Shown: positions 52,009 to 62,589, counted from the stretch's first letter. The stretch: 64,000 bases of DNA from Nitrospirales bacterium (GCA_963555755.3 OY820905.2:4288001-4352000), one strand, 5' to 3'. Notes: a model not told the origin generated them from the sequence alone. A program made the numbers and translations.

Positions 52009-53391
52009 TTATGCAGATTGATCAGATTTATTCGTCGGAAATAAGTGATATTTTTTTAGCAGCTTATAAAAGTCTGAACGGTATCGTCCGGCGATTTGAG
52101 AGGATCGGGAAATATTGCCTTCTGTAATTTGCAGTAACGTTTTTAAATAGTCTTGTTCAAAGGATTCTTTGGCTTGGGTCAGGGGGGCGAGCATACCTTT
52201 GCCGGCTTGTCGCACAATGGGAAGAAGATCAGCCGTGATCATGTCCTGTGTAGCCATAATCACAGCATGCTCTACGACATTTTCTAATTCTCGGATGTTG
52301 CCAGGCCACGAATGGACGGTCAATTTTTGTAAGGCCTCGGGAACAAAGCCGCGAATGGCTTTATTGGAACGGGCTGCACTCTTTTGCAAAAAATGTTGGG
52401 CGAAGATGGGAATATCCTGTCTCCGTTCCCGGAGTGGGGGAAGGGTAAGCGGGACGACTTGGATGCGATAAAATAAGTCCTCTCGAAATCGGCCCTCTCG
52501 TACGGCGGCGCTCAGATCTTTGTTGGTAGCCGTAATGAGCCGGACATCGATTTTAATGGGCTGCCGGGCGCCAATGGGAAAGACTTCTCGCTCTTGGATG
52601 GCTCGAAGCAATTTTCCTTGAAGCGAAAGCGGTATTTCGCCAATCTCATCCAGGAAGAGCGTTCCTCGATGGCCGGTTTCGAAGAGACCGATTTTTGAGT
52701 GATAGGCGCCGGTAAACGACCCTCTCGTGTATCCAAATAACTCACTTTCAAACAGTGCGTCCGGGATTGCGGCGCAATTGACACCGACAAATGGGCCTGT
52801 GGCTCGTGAACTATTACAGTGTAGGACACGGGCAATGACTTCCTTGCCGGTCCCAGTCTCTCCGGAAATACAGACGGTGGCATCCGTATTGGCTACTCGA
52901 CTCACCTGTTGAAGAATTGCCTGCATTTGCGGGCTGCGAGCGACGACATTGTCAATCCCATACAGTTCGTTGACCAACATCTTTAATCGTTGAATCTCCT
53001 GAGTCATGCGCTGTTGCGACAGGGCTTTATCAATGCACCCATGCAGTTCCTTATCGTCAAAGGGTTTGGTTAAATACGAGTACGCGCCTTTTTTCATGGC
53101 TTCCACGGCATCCGGAATGCAGCCATGGGCTGTCAGGATCAAGACGGGAAGGTTGGAATGGAGCTGGAGTAATTCTTCCATGACGGTCAGCCCACTCATG
53201 TCCGGCATCCGAACGTCCAAAATGGCGAAGTCATAGAGGTCTTCTTGAATATGGGCAATCGCGGCCTTCCCGTTTGAACAGACGGTGACGTCGAAGCCAA
53301 AAGCGGTCAAACGCATTCGTAACAAGGTGAGTAGGCCTTCATCATCATCCATGATGAGAATGCGTTCCTTGGTGGCATTAAGGGCTGTCAC
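52009..53391 (-). CDS. Sigma-54-dependent response regulator (GlrR/QseF-like)
   Basis: Receiver domain, GETGTGKE, GSFTGA, WPGNIRELEN, GRYRSDFYKLL HTH typical of GlrR. Confidence 0.88.
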   Translation of the reverse strand: MTALNATKERILIMDDDEGLLTLLRMRLTAFGFDVTVCSNGKAAIAHIQEDLYDFAILDVRMPDMSGLTVMEELLQLHSNLPVLILTAHGCIPDAVEAMKKGAYSYLTKPFDDKELHGCIDKALSQQRMTQEIQRLKMLVNELYGIDNVVARSPQMQAILQQVSRVANTDATVCISGETGTGKEVIARVLHCNSSRATGPFVGVNCAAIPDALFESELFGYTRGSFTGAYHSKIGLFETGHRGTLFLDEIGEIPLSLQGKLLRAIQEREVFPIGARQPIKIDVRLITATNKDLSAAVREGRFREDLFYRIQVVPLTLPPLRERRQDIPIFAQHFLQKSAARSNKAIRGFVPEALQKLTVHSWPGNIRELENVVEHAVIMATQDMITADLLPIVRQAGKGMLAPLTQAKESFEQDYLKTLLQITEGNISRSSQIAGRYRSDFYKLLKKYHLFPTNKSDQSA

Positions 53392-54076
53392 GAGATTCCT
53401 CCTTGGGGGTCAAAATAGTTTCCGAGGGAGTGGTGGGTGTGGCTTTTTCCTTGAGTTCCTGATCGATCCGTCGGAGCGCATGGAGTTGACCCGTGAGTTC
53501 GGCGACCTTTTTATCACGGGCCTGCAACTCTTGTTGAAGCAAAGGCATCGAGGCCGATTCGGTTTTGAGTGTTGCCACTTCTTGTGAGAGTTTATGCATG
53601 TGCTCACTCAGGGCGTTGATTTTGGTTTCTTGGGCAATCAGGTGAAGCTTCAGATCTGATGAGCCAGTGGTATGAACGGGCAACTCTTCTAATAACTCAA
53701 GGTCTCGCTTGAGTAACGTCCGGACCAATTCTCGAGTCATGTCTTTGGCAGAGGCCGGTTGGGATTTGGACGGACGAAGTTCGTCTAAGAGCCACAACCA
53801 CACCCGACTTGCCTGACTCACACGATGTTGGGGTGACGACTCTATGACTTTTTGAAAGTGATAACTGGCGATATCGGTATTGGAATGCAAAGCGGTTAAG
53901 CCTTTAAGAAAATGTGCCTGGGTACAAGCCGTGGGATTTCGGCATTGAGATAATTGGTTGTCTGCGCGAACCCCAAGCACATCAAGAAATGTTGCATCCT
54001 GAGGATCCGGATTCAAAATCATGGAAGGGGAGATCGGTGTTCCGGTCTTGGGAAAATGGGCTGTCATGGGATAGGG

Positions 54077-55980
54077 CAGGGCCATTTCATTCTTTTTATA
54101 AGCAAGGGATTCCATGAGGTTTTTTGTGCGCTCTTTTTCAGGGCAGGGCCATGCGGATGGCTAAATGGGGCTTGCCCCAGAGCAGTCTACACGCCTGCGC
54201 GATATTGGTGTAGCCTTTCAGGCGTAAGAGACTGATGGCATAGCGTCTCAGACAGGTCATGACCATTGGGCCATTGAGACTTCGTATCTGACTCCTGTCT
54301 TCATCAAAGGTGACGTCCAACACATAATGCTGCTTATTCTCCACACTCCAATGCTTTCGGTTTTGCGAGAGGATGGTCTTCGGCCCCGCCTTGTCTTTGG
54401 ACTGACTCGTGACACCGCAGACCGCTTCGACGGTCGTGAGGCCCTGCTTGAGATGCGTCACTTCCCTCTCAATGCAGAAGACTTGCTGGACATGAGGAAA
54501 GTTGACATAGGCATTCAGGGAGTCATCGCACCAGATCCTGCGGGTCGTGATCTGCCCATGGCCTTTCTCGGTGGTGGCATAATCGCACCGGCGTGCTCGC
54601 AACGCTAAGGCCTCAATGTCGTGCTTCAAGGTGGGCTGGTTTCCCTTGACGGTGAAGACGAAGTCGGCGCCGCGTTCGTGCACCAGGTACTCGGCAATCT
54701 CTTTCTGGGTGAGGAGCGCATCCGCCGTGATCACCTTCCCTGCGATCTCGAGCGCATCTAACAGGGGCCGCACGCAGGGGATCTCATTGGTCTTGGAGTG
54801 AACTTTTTTTGGGTGAGGTGGCGCCCGGCTTGATGGGTGACGGCGCTGAGGACGTGGGTCTGTTCGCTTGGGACCTTCGACGTCCCCCGCATGGTCTTCC
54901 CATCAATGGCAATGCCCTGATCCTCCCCGCCGAAGGTGTCCAGCCACCGGCCGAGCAGGGTATCGACTTCACAGGGGTCGACGGCCGTGATAAAGCGGTA
55001 AAGAGTGCTGCGGCTCGGGACGAGGTAGCGCCCCCCTCGCTGAGTACAGCCTAGCCGCTTGCGCATCGGCTGCGATAACTGCTGGGCCCAGTCCGAGATC
55101 GCTTCATAGCCGCGCGCGCCGCACAAGGTGGCACAGAACATGATCGCCGTGAGGGCGCGTCGGGTGTGCCGTTGCCCTTGCAAATGGCGGGGATCGGTCA
55201 GCTGCACCACATACGTAAAGAGGGAGTCCGTCTGTTTTGTATTCAATCTCATCTGAGGCGCTTCTCCTTTCTGATAGGGCTGATCAAGCATCGGGCGTGC
55301 AAGGATCTCTCGGGCTTGGGGATGCAGCCGCACGACTAGGATGCGCTTCGGTCTCTCATGCTGAACATAACACGTGTTCGACTTGCGAAACCCTCGTGTC
55401 AGACCGAGCTCGTGCCACCCGGCGGCCCGATAGCAGGTCCCGGTGAAGCGGGCAGGATCGACGAAGGTCTCTAAGAGGAGCAAGGGGTAGCCGTGGTACA
55501 GTTGCCAATCGGCCGAGATCCGTTTCGCGCAGAGCGACAGGACTTTCGAGGCGAGGTTCTTTTGCGAACAGCCCGGCAGCATGAGAAACCAGGTGTTGTT
55601 GGCCAGTAAATGGAGTCGTTGCCATTGAAAACAGGGGGGCCAGCCGATCCAGTGGTCTCGCGGTCTCGATTTGAGGGCCGCCGCCGCAAACACCAGCAAG
55701 GCCAGCCAGCGATCCTGCACACAGGCGAGATATTGTATCGATTGGCCAATCAGCGGGGCATGACCGAGGTAGTGGTGTCTGTCGAGAAGGGTCTTGAAGG
55801 CGTCCTTTTCGTCTCGGACAATTGGGCGAACCACGACTTGCCTCAGATCAATGTCCGGCTGTCCGCTTGGCGATTCGTCTGGCATGCAAAAGAGTATGCC
55901 GTAAACGAAAAGAAAAAGCCAGCCTAAATCGATTATTCCTTATTATCTATAAAGTTACACTTTAATATGAAATAGCCCTG
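54077..55980 (-). mobile_element. ISAs1-family element; transposase with N-terminal DUF4338 (DruA-like) domain and -1 frameshift
   Basis: TIR CAGGGC(C/T)ATTTCAT; 10-bp TSD TGGGATAGGG at 54067 and 55981; IDGKTMRG, KTNEIP, ITADA, VKGNQ, HWSVEN; A7G at 54803-54810. Confidence 0.93.
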
Positions 55981-56053
55981 TGGGATAGGGGGTGAATTCT
56001 TGACATCCCGTGATCCCTAGCAAGCCTGAAAGCATGAAGAGGCTGACCAGTAC

Positions 56054-57052
56054 CCTGCATACCCGGTTGACGCCACTACATACAAGGGGTAGTATCTTAG
56101 CGCATCTTTTGGGGTGCATAGGGGCTGGGATCTTTGGCAACGGCATTTTCAAGGACACGGTAAAAAAGCAAGCCCCTCGAAGTGGAGGTGCGTCTGTTCA
56201 ATCGAAACGTGAATTCATTGAGATAGGTATCCAGGTTCATAGGATCAATTCTGCCGTGATATGTTCCGTAGTACCAGCGCTTGAGGAGCGAGGCAACCCG
56301 GTGAACGCGCGGCAATAGTTCATCGGCATCGCCCCCTTTTTCTTCCCACGAATATGGTTTTTTCATGGGCATATGAATATAGCCCTGATTCGTCACCCCA
56401 CAATAACTATTCAGTCCATCGGTGACGACGGTGCTTCCTGGATTGATGTATTTTGCGACAAAGCCCTGTAGTACAGGGCCTGATCGATCGGTAATTTTCT
56501 CCATGCGGATTCTGCCCGTCTTTTTGCCATCAATTTGCGCAGCAACTCCGATAAGCTGCTTATTGTTTTCCCCACCGAGGAACACTTCATCTACCTCTAT
56601 TGCTCCAGACAAACGATCCTGATGGGGGCGAACCATGGCGATGCGTAGTTTGTGCAATATTCTCCATGCCGTTTCGTGGCGCGTAATTCCCACTGCCCGC
56701 TGTAAGCCAATCGCACTGATACCCGTTTTTTGATTCGTGAGCCACCAGATGGCTTGGAACCAAATTTCCAGGGAAATTTTGGTGTCTTGGAAAATTGTTC
56801 CAGCCAAGATAGAAATTTGGAAATCGCAATCAGCGCACTTGAGAACGGGGCGGTTCATTCTCCTCCACAGACGCAGAGATTGACATCGCGGACATTGGAC
56901 TCCACTTGGCCACCGGATCTTTTCCAAATAATCACGGCAGGATGCCTCGTCCGGAAAACGCTTTAGCAATTCTCCAATAGTCCTCGGGTACTGCCGCATA
57001 CGTATATTAAATACTATCCCTTGTGGTTAGTGGTGTCAACCGGGTATCCAGG
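56054..57052 (-). mobile_element. IS1595-family element (transposase 56097-56999)
   Basis: TIR CCTG(C/G)ATACCCGGTTGAC(G/A)CCACTA; TSD (A/C)CCAGTAC; CPRC/CADC zinc ribbon, EVDE, TDG, YLNEFTFR. Confidence 0.93.
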
Positions 57053-57148
57053 CCCAGTACATTGAACCTAGAAACGGCAGTTGGGCGCAAAACAGAGGTG
57101 TAAGATTTTGGTGTGCATGGTGCAATACAAAAAGTCGTGGTCACCTTA

Positions 57149-57305
57149 GGGCTCGCGCAAGAATAACTTCCCCTGTTTGGGCGTCGATCCATCCCGTCTG
57201 GCGGCGTTGCTCGTCCTTTCCATACGAGGAGTATGCGCAGTCCTCGCGCCTTGCCAGACAGGTGTCTCAGCACCCAAACCGGGGAAGTTATTCTTGCGCG
57301 AACCC
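57149..57305. mobile_element. MITE family B
   Basis: TIR GGGCTCGCGCAAGAATAACTTCCCC; TTA duplication. Confidence 0.88.
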
Positions 57306-57348
57306 TTAGTGGTGATGAGACCTTTGTGTATTGTGCCAGGCGCGCTAA

Positions 57349-57611
57349 GGGTCCGTCACGAAATATCCGGTACAATTGGGAGGCCCAGATTTGTGATCGG
57401 GGCAAGGCGCGATGAGGGAGCCTAGCGGGGCTATGTGACCGAGGAGCAACGCCGCCCCGGGCCAAAGATGGGCCTCCCCGGAGGGCCGGACGCTTTTGGG
57501 CTCCGCTCGCGTCGCTCATCGCTTCCATACTCCCGGTATGCGTGCTCTTCGCTCCTTGGCTCGCTCCAAAATCGTCTCGGCCAATTGTACCGGTTATTTC
57601 GTGACGGACCC
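57349..57611. mobile_element. MITE family C
   Basis: ~33-bp TIR GGGTCCGTCACGAAATATCCGGTACAATTGG; TAA duplication; the same end also occurs at 42247-42261. Confidence 0.88.
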
Positions 57612-57676
57612 TAAGAGCTTTCGCGGACTTTTGTGATCCAACTGCCGATTCTAGGGTGAAGCGGAGAGGCAACCTG

Positions 57677-59224
57677 TTACGACGCATGAGCCGTCTCTCG
57701 AAGCATCTCGGCTGGAAGTGTGAAGTGAACGGTGGTGCCATTGTCTGGTTCACTGTCAATCCAAATCGTTCCGTGGTGGGCTTCAACGACTTTTTGGGCC
57801 AGGGCAAGACCGATGCCACTACCAAATCGGGCTTCCCCGTCTGGTGTTTTTCCCTGATAAAACCGATCGAAAATATGGGGAAGGTCTTCTGGACGAATAC
57901 CTGGCCCTTCGTCTTTGACCGCAATCGCGGTGACGTGTGTCTTCAAGTTGTGATGAAGCGTGAGGGTAATCGATGAGTCGTGTGGGCTAAATTTGAGCGC
58001 GTTGGAGAGAAGATTCTCCAACGCCTGCTCGATGCGGATGCCGTCCAACGGTAAGAGATGGTCTGGTGGAAGCTGGTCATCGATCACGAACTGGATGTGT
58101 TTTCGTTCGGCCAATAATTGTACCTTGTCAACGGTGTGTTGAACGAGCTGGGTTAACCTCGTCGGTGAAAAACTATAGGGCATCATATTGGCTTCCATTT
58201 TAGAGAGGTCCAGTAAGCTGGCGATGAGTTGGTTGAGGCGTTGGCTACTGTCAAGCAAGATCTCAAGCGTCTGGCGTTGTTCCGGGGTCACAGGACCGGG
58301 AACCTGATCCAGGAGTAATTGCGTGCCCTCGCGGATTGAGGTGAGCGGGGTGCGAAGTTCGTGTGAAATATTGGCCAGGAATTCCGCTTTCATTTGATCA
58401 AGTTCTTGCAGTTGCATGCCCATCCAATTGACGGTGCTGACTAACTCTCGCAGCTCTTGCGGGACTTCGCCTTGAATTGAGGCACGAAATTCTCCTTGCC
58501 CAATTTGGCGAATTTGTCTTTGGACGCGTCGCAAGGGTCGTAAAATACTGAATGTGGCGATTCCGGCTAATCCCATTCCAAACACCACTCCCGACACCAT
58601 CAATTGACGTGTAATGTTTTCCGCTTGCTTAGCCCGTTCATGAGATTCACTCAACACAGCAATGATTTGCTGCTCGTGTAAGGCGATGTAGGATCGAATG
58701 GCTTGAGTCATGTCATCGACGAGAGCATCTCGTTTGCTTTCATATTGAGCCAAGGTTTGCGTGTAGCGATTCGCCCGTTCTACTCCCTCGCTGAGAAACA
58801 AGGTTTGGAATTGATCATGTGAATCGTGGATCTGTTGAAGTAGTGTCTGGCCTTCTTCTGAAGGGTCTTGGTCGATGAGAGAAAGTAAGGTTTTTTTAAA
58901 TTGCCCGGCTTCCTGCAGAAATTCCTTTAACAGGCTCGTATCCCGTAAGACGAGGTATTGCTTGTCACTTTTGAGTTGAACGAGCAAGCTGGTGAGCAGG
59001 CGTTTTCCTGTCTCTACGGTGGGGTAGTAGTACGACACTAATTCGGTGCCTAATTCGGATAATGTCCGCAACTGGTTCAGAATGAACCAATTGACCCCTA
59101 TGACTAAACCCATGATCGTGAGGTAGCCTAATGTAAGGCGAACAAAAATCGAGAGTTTTGCAATCTGCTTCCAGGCTTGCAACTTGGTATTCCTTATGAT
59201 GACCAGCAGTTTACCACGAACCAT
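57677..59224 (-). CDS. Sensor histidine kinase (GlrK/QseE-like)
   Basis: Two TMs, HAMP, SHELRTPL, NLLSNALKFS, DEGPGI, GSGIGL; start uncertain. Confidence 0.9.
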   Translation of the reverse strand: MVRGKLLVIIRNTKLQAWKQIAKLSIFVRLTLGYLTIMGLVIGVNWFILNQLRTLSELGTELVSYYYPTVETGKRLLTSLLVQLKSDKQYLVLRDTSLLKEFLQEAGQFKKTLLSLIDQDPSEEGQTLLQQIHDSHDQFQTLFLSEGVERANRYTQTLAQYESKRDALVDDMTQAIRSYIALHEQQIIAVLSESHERAKQAENITRQLMVSGVVFGMGLAGIATFSILRPLRRVQRQIRQIGQGEFRASIQGEVPQELRELVSTVNWMGMQLQELDQMKAEFLANISHELRTPLTSIREGTQLLLDQVPGPVTPEQRQTLEILLDSSQRLNQLIASLLDLSKMEANMMPYSFSPTRLTQLVQHTVDKVQLLAERKHIQFVIDDQLPPDHLLPLDGIRIEQALENLLSNALKFSPHDSSITLTLHHNLKTHVTAIAVKDEGPGIRPEDLPHIFDRFYQGKTPDGEARFGSGIGLALAQKVVEAHHGTIWIDSEPDNGTTVHFTLPAEMLRETAHAS

Positions 59225-59429
59225 TATATGGTCGGCCTACTGAAATTGATGTGATCCATGTCATACTTTCCGTGACCAACCCTGTCTATTTTTTCAATTG
59301 GGATGACGCCTGATCGGTGATGAGGTGCTCGAGCTACTCCAATGATGGAGAAGACAGGGGTGAATGTAAAGAACGAATGGGAAAATGCGGATTCTGTGAT
59401 AGACAGAAGGCGAGTGATGGTGAAAAGGT

Positions 59430-60653
59430 TTACGTCGTGTAGGAGGCATTAATCTTCACATATTCATAAGAAAGATCGGTTGTCCACAACCGGTGGAAGC
59501 CTGCGCCTTTGCCTAATGAAACGGACAAGGTCAGTTCTTTACGTCGCATGACCTGTTGTGCACGGTTGTCGGCTTGTGTGCTCACACGTTGTCCATCCTG
59601 AACGACCGTGACCTCATCAAACTTCAACGTGATGTGTGTGGGATTGAGCGGGACCCCTGCTCGTCCTATGGCCGCGATGATACGACCCCAATTGGGGTCT
59701 TCGCCAAATAGTGCGGTTTTGACGAGCAAGGATGTGGCAATCGTTTGTCCAATCTGTTTCGCCTCGCGATGGGATGTGGTCCCTTCGACAATGATTGTGA
59801 CGAGTTTCGTAGCGCCTTCACCATCTCGGCAAATATTCAAAGCGAGCGATTCGCAGGTGTGTTGAAGTACGGTATGGAAGGTATTCCAACCTGGTGTGCC
59901 GTGTTTGATGAGAGGGTTCTGTGCCAGGCCATTGGCAAGGCACACAACCGTGTCGTTGGGACTGCTGTCACCATCAACAGAGATGCAGTTAAATGAAACA
60001 TCTACTGACAGCGTAAGCGCGCGTTGCAACGCGTGTGGGGTGATCGCGGTGTCGGTCGTGAGATAGGCCAACATCGTCGCCATGTTCGGGTGGATCATCC
60101 CCGAGCCCTTGGCCATTCCGCCAATCGTGATGACCTGACGGCCTATTGTAGCTTGGCACGCAATTTCTTTTGATTGGGTATCGGTGGTCATGATGGCTTC
60201 AGCTGCCTGGGTATGACCGGAGCGGCTGAGTTGTGTGATAATCCGAGGAATTCCCCGGCGAAGGGCCGCCATTGGGAGGGTCCGGCCAATAATCCCGGTT
60301 GAACCGACAAAAACCGCGTGCTTGGGGATGCCAAGATGTTTGGCCGTTAAGTCTAAGACCTCTTTAGCATCAGCCATCCCTTGAGGACCCGTGCAGGCGT
60401 TGGCATTGCCACTATTGATGATGATGGCTTGTCCAGTCTTTTTCTTGAGTTGACGTTGGTTCAACACCACGGAGGCAGCCAGGATTTGATTTTGGGTAAA
60501 CACGCCCGCGATTGGGCCTTCCCGTTCCGATATCACAAGAGCGAGGTCCAAGGTGGGTGCGGGTTTCACGCCGGCATGGATACCTGCGGCCAGAAACCCC
60601 TTTGGGGCAGTCACACCGCCCTTTATTTTTTTAATAGGAGTAGCTTTGCGCAT
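59430..60653 (-). CDS. argJ: Bifunctional ornithine acetyltransferase / N-acetylglutamate synthase
   Basis: NSGNANACTG, IMTTDT, KGSGMIHPNMATML, DGEGATK. Confidence 0.96.
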   Translation of the reverse strand: MRKATPIKKIKGGVTAPKGFLAAGIHAGVKPAPTLDLALVISEREGPIAGVFTQNQILAASVVLNQRQLKKKTGQAIIINSGNANACTGPQGMADAKEVLDLTAKHLGIPKHAVFVGSTGIIGRTLPMAALRRGIPRIITQLSRSGHTQAAEAIMTTDTQSKEIACQATIGRQVITIGGMAKGSGMIHPNMATMLAYLTTDTAITPHALQRALTLSVDVSFNCISVDGDSSPNDTVVCLANGLAQNPLIKHGTPGWNTFHTVLQHTCESLALNICRDGEGATKLVTIIVEGTTSHREAKQIGQTIATSLLVKTALFGEDPNWGRIIAAIGRAGVPLNPTHITLKFDEVTVVQDGQRVSTQADNRAQQVMRRKELTLSVSLGKGAGFHRLWTTDLSYEYVKINASYTT

Positions 60654-60776
60654 GTGGCTTACATTTTCTCGTTTTTATGGTCGCGGGAATGGGAAATTCT
60701 GAGTGGTCGGTTGAATAATTTAAGAAATTTTTCCATTCGGTCTTAAGCCCCAATATTTTTTAGCGTCAGGTAAAAA

Positions 60777-61282
60777 GGGGGCTGTTCAAAAAGGTCCATT
60801 GTCTGACCCGCCCAACCCAGGCGCGCCAAGACGCGCCCTTCCACGGGCAAGGCCGCAGCCCGCCCGGCCTTTGTAGCCACTTCGGCGGAGGTGGTTCGGC
60901 GGAGTAGGCTTGGCGCGCGGAGCGTACTCCTAGGAGCCTGTCCGAGATTAGACGGATCTACTGCGGATGCGCTGGATGTGGCCAGATCTTCCGATCCTTT
61001 TCGGGGAAGGTTGAAAAAGGCCGCCAGCTGCGTTCTCGGGCTTTTGGCGTGCTCACGTACTCCGTGTACGCTCCGCGCGCCAAAAGCCCTGCGGCCTTGC
61101 TGGGCGGCCTTTTTCAACCTTCCCCGTTTCGTTGAATAGTCCCACTATTCGCCTCAAACGATCGAAACATCTGACTCAAACCAGCACATCCTCGCTACGA
61201 TCGCTAATCTCAGACAGGCTCCTAGTACGTGAGCACGACAACGGCCCGAGAACGCCGCTGGCGGCCTTTTTGAACAGGCCCC
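60777..61282. mobile_element. Triple-nested MITEs: family A (60777-61282) > family D (60934-61221) > family A (61003-61125)
   Basis: Three concentric TIR pairs; family D is flanked by a CTAG duplication. Confidence 0.88.
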
Positions 61283-62364
61283 TATGGGAAAATTCCTGGC
61301 GAGGCCAATCCGGTATCTTCAGGATAACCCATCATGAGATTCATGGATTGAATGGCTTGGCCGGCAGCGCCTTTCACAAGATTGTCTAAGGCCGCAACCG
61401 TAATAATCGTGCCGGTGCGCGAATCCGCAAACACCCCGATGTCACAAAAATTCGAGCCTCGCACTTGGCTGGGACTGACAGTGGTAGATTCTTTTCGAAT
61501 TCGAATGAATCGTTCGCCACGATAGAATTGGCGATACAGGTTTTGCAGGATTTCCGTCGTCACGGGTTTGGTCATTTTGGCATAGGCGGTACTCAAGATC
61601 CCTCGATTCATTGGCGTGAGATGAGGGGTAAACATGACCTGGAACGGCTCACGTTGTCCTGCAGGTCGCGAACGGGGTTTCAGGAAGATCTTATTGAGTT
61701 CTTGTTCGATTTCGGGGGTGTGACGATGTTGCCCAATTTTGTATGCCGTCATGGAATCGTGGGCTTCCGGGAAATGATACCCAAGCGCTGGAGTTCGACC
61801 TGCGCCTGATATACCCGACTTGGCATCAATGACAATTGAATCTTCTTTGATGATCCGTTTTGCCAAAAGTGGCGCTAATTGAAGAATAGCAGCCGTGGGA
61901 TAACACCCTGGGATGGCCACGAGCTGCGTGCGGGAAATTTTTAATCGGTGCAGTTCGGGCAGCCCATAGACAGATTTCCGTAACAACCGTGGGAATGAAT
62001 GTGTCACTCCATACCAGTGTTCATAGGTGATGTGATCATCCAAACGATAGTCGGCGCTGAGATCAATGACGCGCTTCTTGGCTTTGATGCAGTGCGCCAC
62101 GGGTTCAATCGATTTGGTGTGTGGTAACGCCATGAACACGAGGTCGACGGTGTTCGTGATATGCGGTAGGTCCATGGGTTGGAATATAAGTGGGAAAAAA
62201 GTTTCAAGGTTTGGGAAGTGTGATGAAATAGGCATCCCGACGGCTTTGTCGCCGGTGACCATCGTAACATTGGCGTAAGGGTGTTGCGCCAATAGGCGAA
62301 GGAGTTCTCCTCCGGTGTACCCGCTGCCTCCGAGGACGGCGATGTTGATTCGTGCTTTAGCCAT
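61282..62364 (-). CDS. argC: N-acetyl-gamma-glutamyl-phosphate reductase
   Basis: GGSGYTG, DLSADYR, PGCYPT, SGAGR, DNLVKGAAGQA. Confidence 0.97.
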   Translation of the reverse strand: MAKARINIAVLGGSGYTGGELLRLLAQHPYANVTMVTGDKAVGMPISSHFPNLETFFPLIFQPMDLPHITNTVDLVFMALPHTKSIEPVAHCIKAKKRVIDLSADYRLDDHITYEHWYGVTHSFPRLLRKSVYGLPELHRLKISRTQLVAIPGCYPTAAILQLAPLLAKRIIKEDSIVIDAKSGISGAGRTPALGYHFPEAHDSMTAYKIGQHRHTPEIEQELNKIFLKPRSRPAGQREPFQVMFTPHLTPMNRGILSTAYAKMTKPVTTEILQNLYRQFYRGERFIRIRKESTTVSPSQVRGSNFCDIGVFADSRTGTIITVAALDNLVKGAAGQAIQSMNLMMGYPEDTGLASPGIFP

Positions 62365-62400
62365 GGGTGATGAAGATCTTACCTGATGAAATGGTGAGAG

Positions 62401-62430
62401 AAAAAAAGGGAAGGCCTGGTGGCCTTCCCT
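62401..62430 (-). terminator. Intrinsic terminator after rplM-rpsI
   Basis: AGGGAAGGCC-acca-GGCCTTCCCT followed by a T run on the minus strand. Confidence 0.8.
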
Positions 62431-62432
62431 TA

Positions 62433-62589
62433 GGGCTCGCGCAAGAATAACTTCCCATCTTTGAGCGTCGATCCATCCTGTCTGGCGGCGTTGCTCGTCC
62501 CTTACATACCAAGAGTATGCGCAGTCCTCGCGCCTTGCCAGACAGGTGTCTCGTCACCCCAAAATGGGAAGTTATTCTTGCGCGAGCCC
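62433..62589. mobile_element. MITE family B
   Basis: Same TIR as other B copies; TTA/TAA flanks; lies between the rpsI stop and its terminator. Confidence 0.88.

Larger units (their letters stand above)
53378..57090 (-). pseudogene. Coiled-coil lipoprotein (YfhG/QseG-like position) split by IS1595 and ISAs1
   Basis: Rejoined frame RFNVL-VSLFMLSGLLGITGCQEFTPYP-MTAHFPK...; lipobox ITGC; QLHALRRIDQEL tail; start uncertain. Confidence 0.75.

Noticed and set aside
54758..55885. Druantia defence system
   Set aside because: Only the DruA-like domain is present, within IS ends; no DruE helicase or other dru genes
57007..57924. 305-aa ORF and other ORFs over MITEs (9189, 60743, extended rpsI start)
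   Set aside because: Read-through of GC-rich repeats or shadow frames; not credible genes
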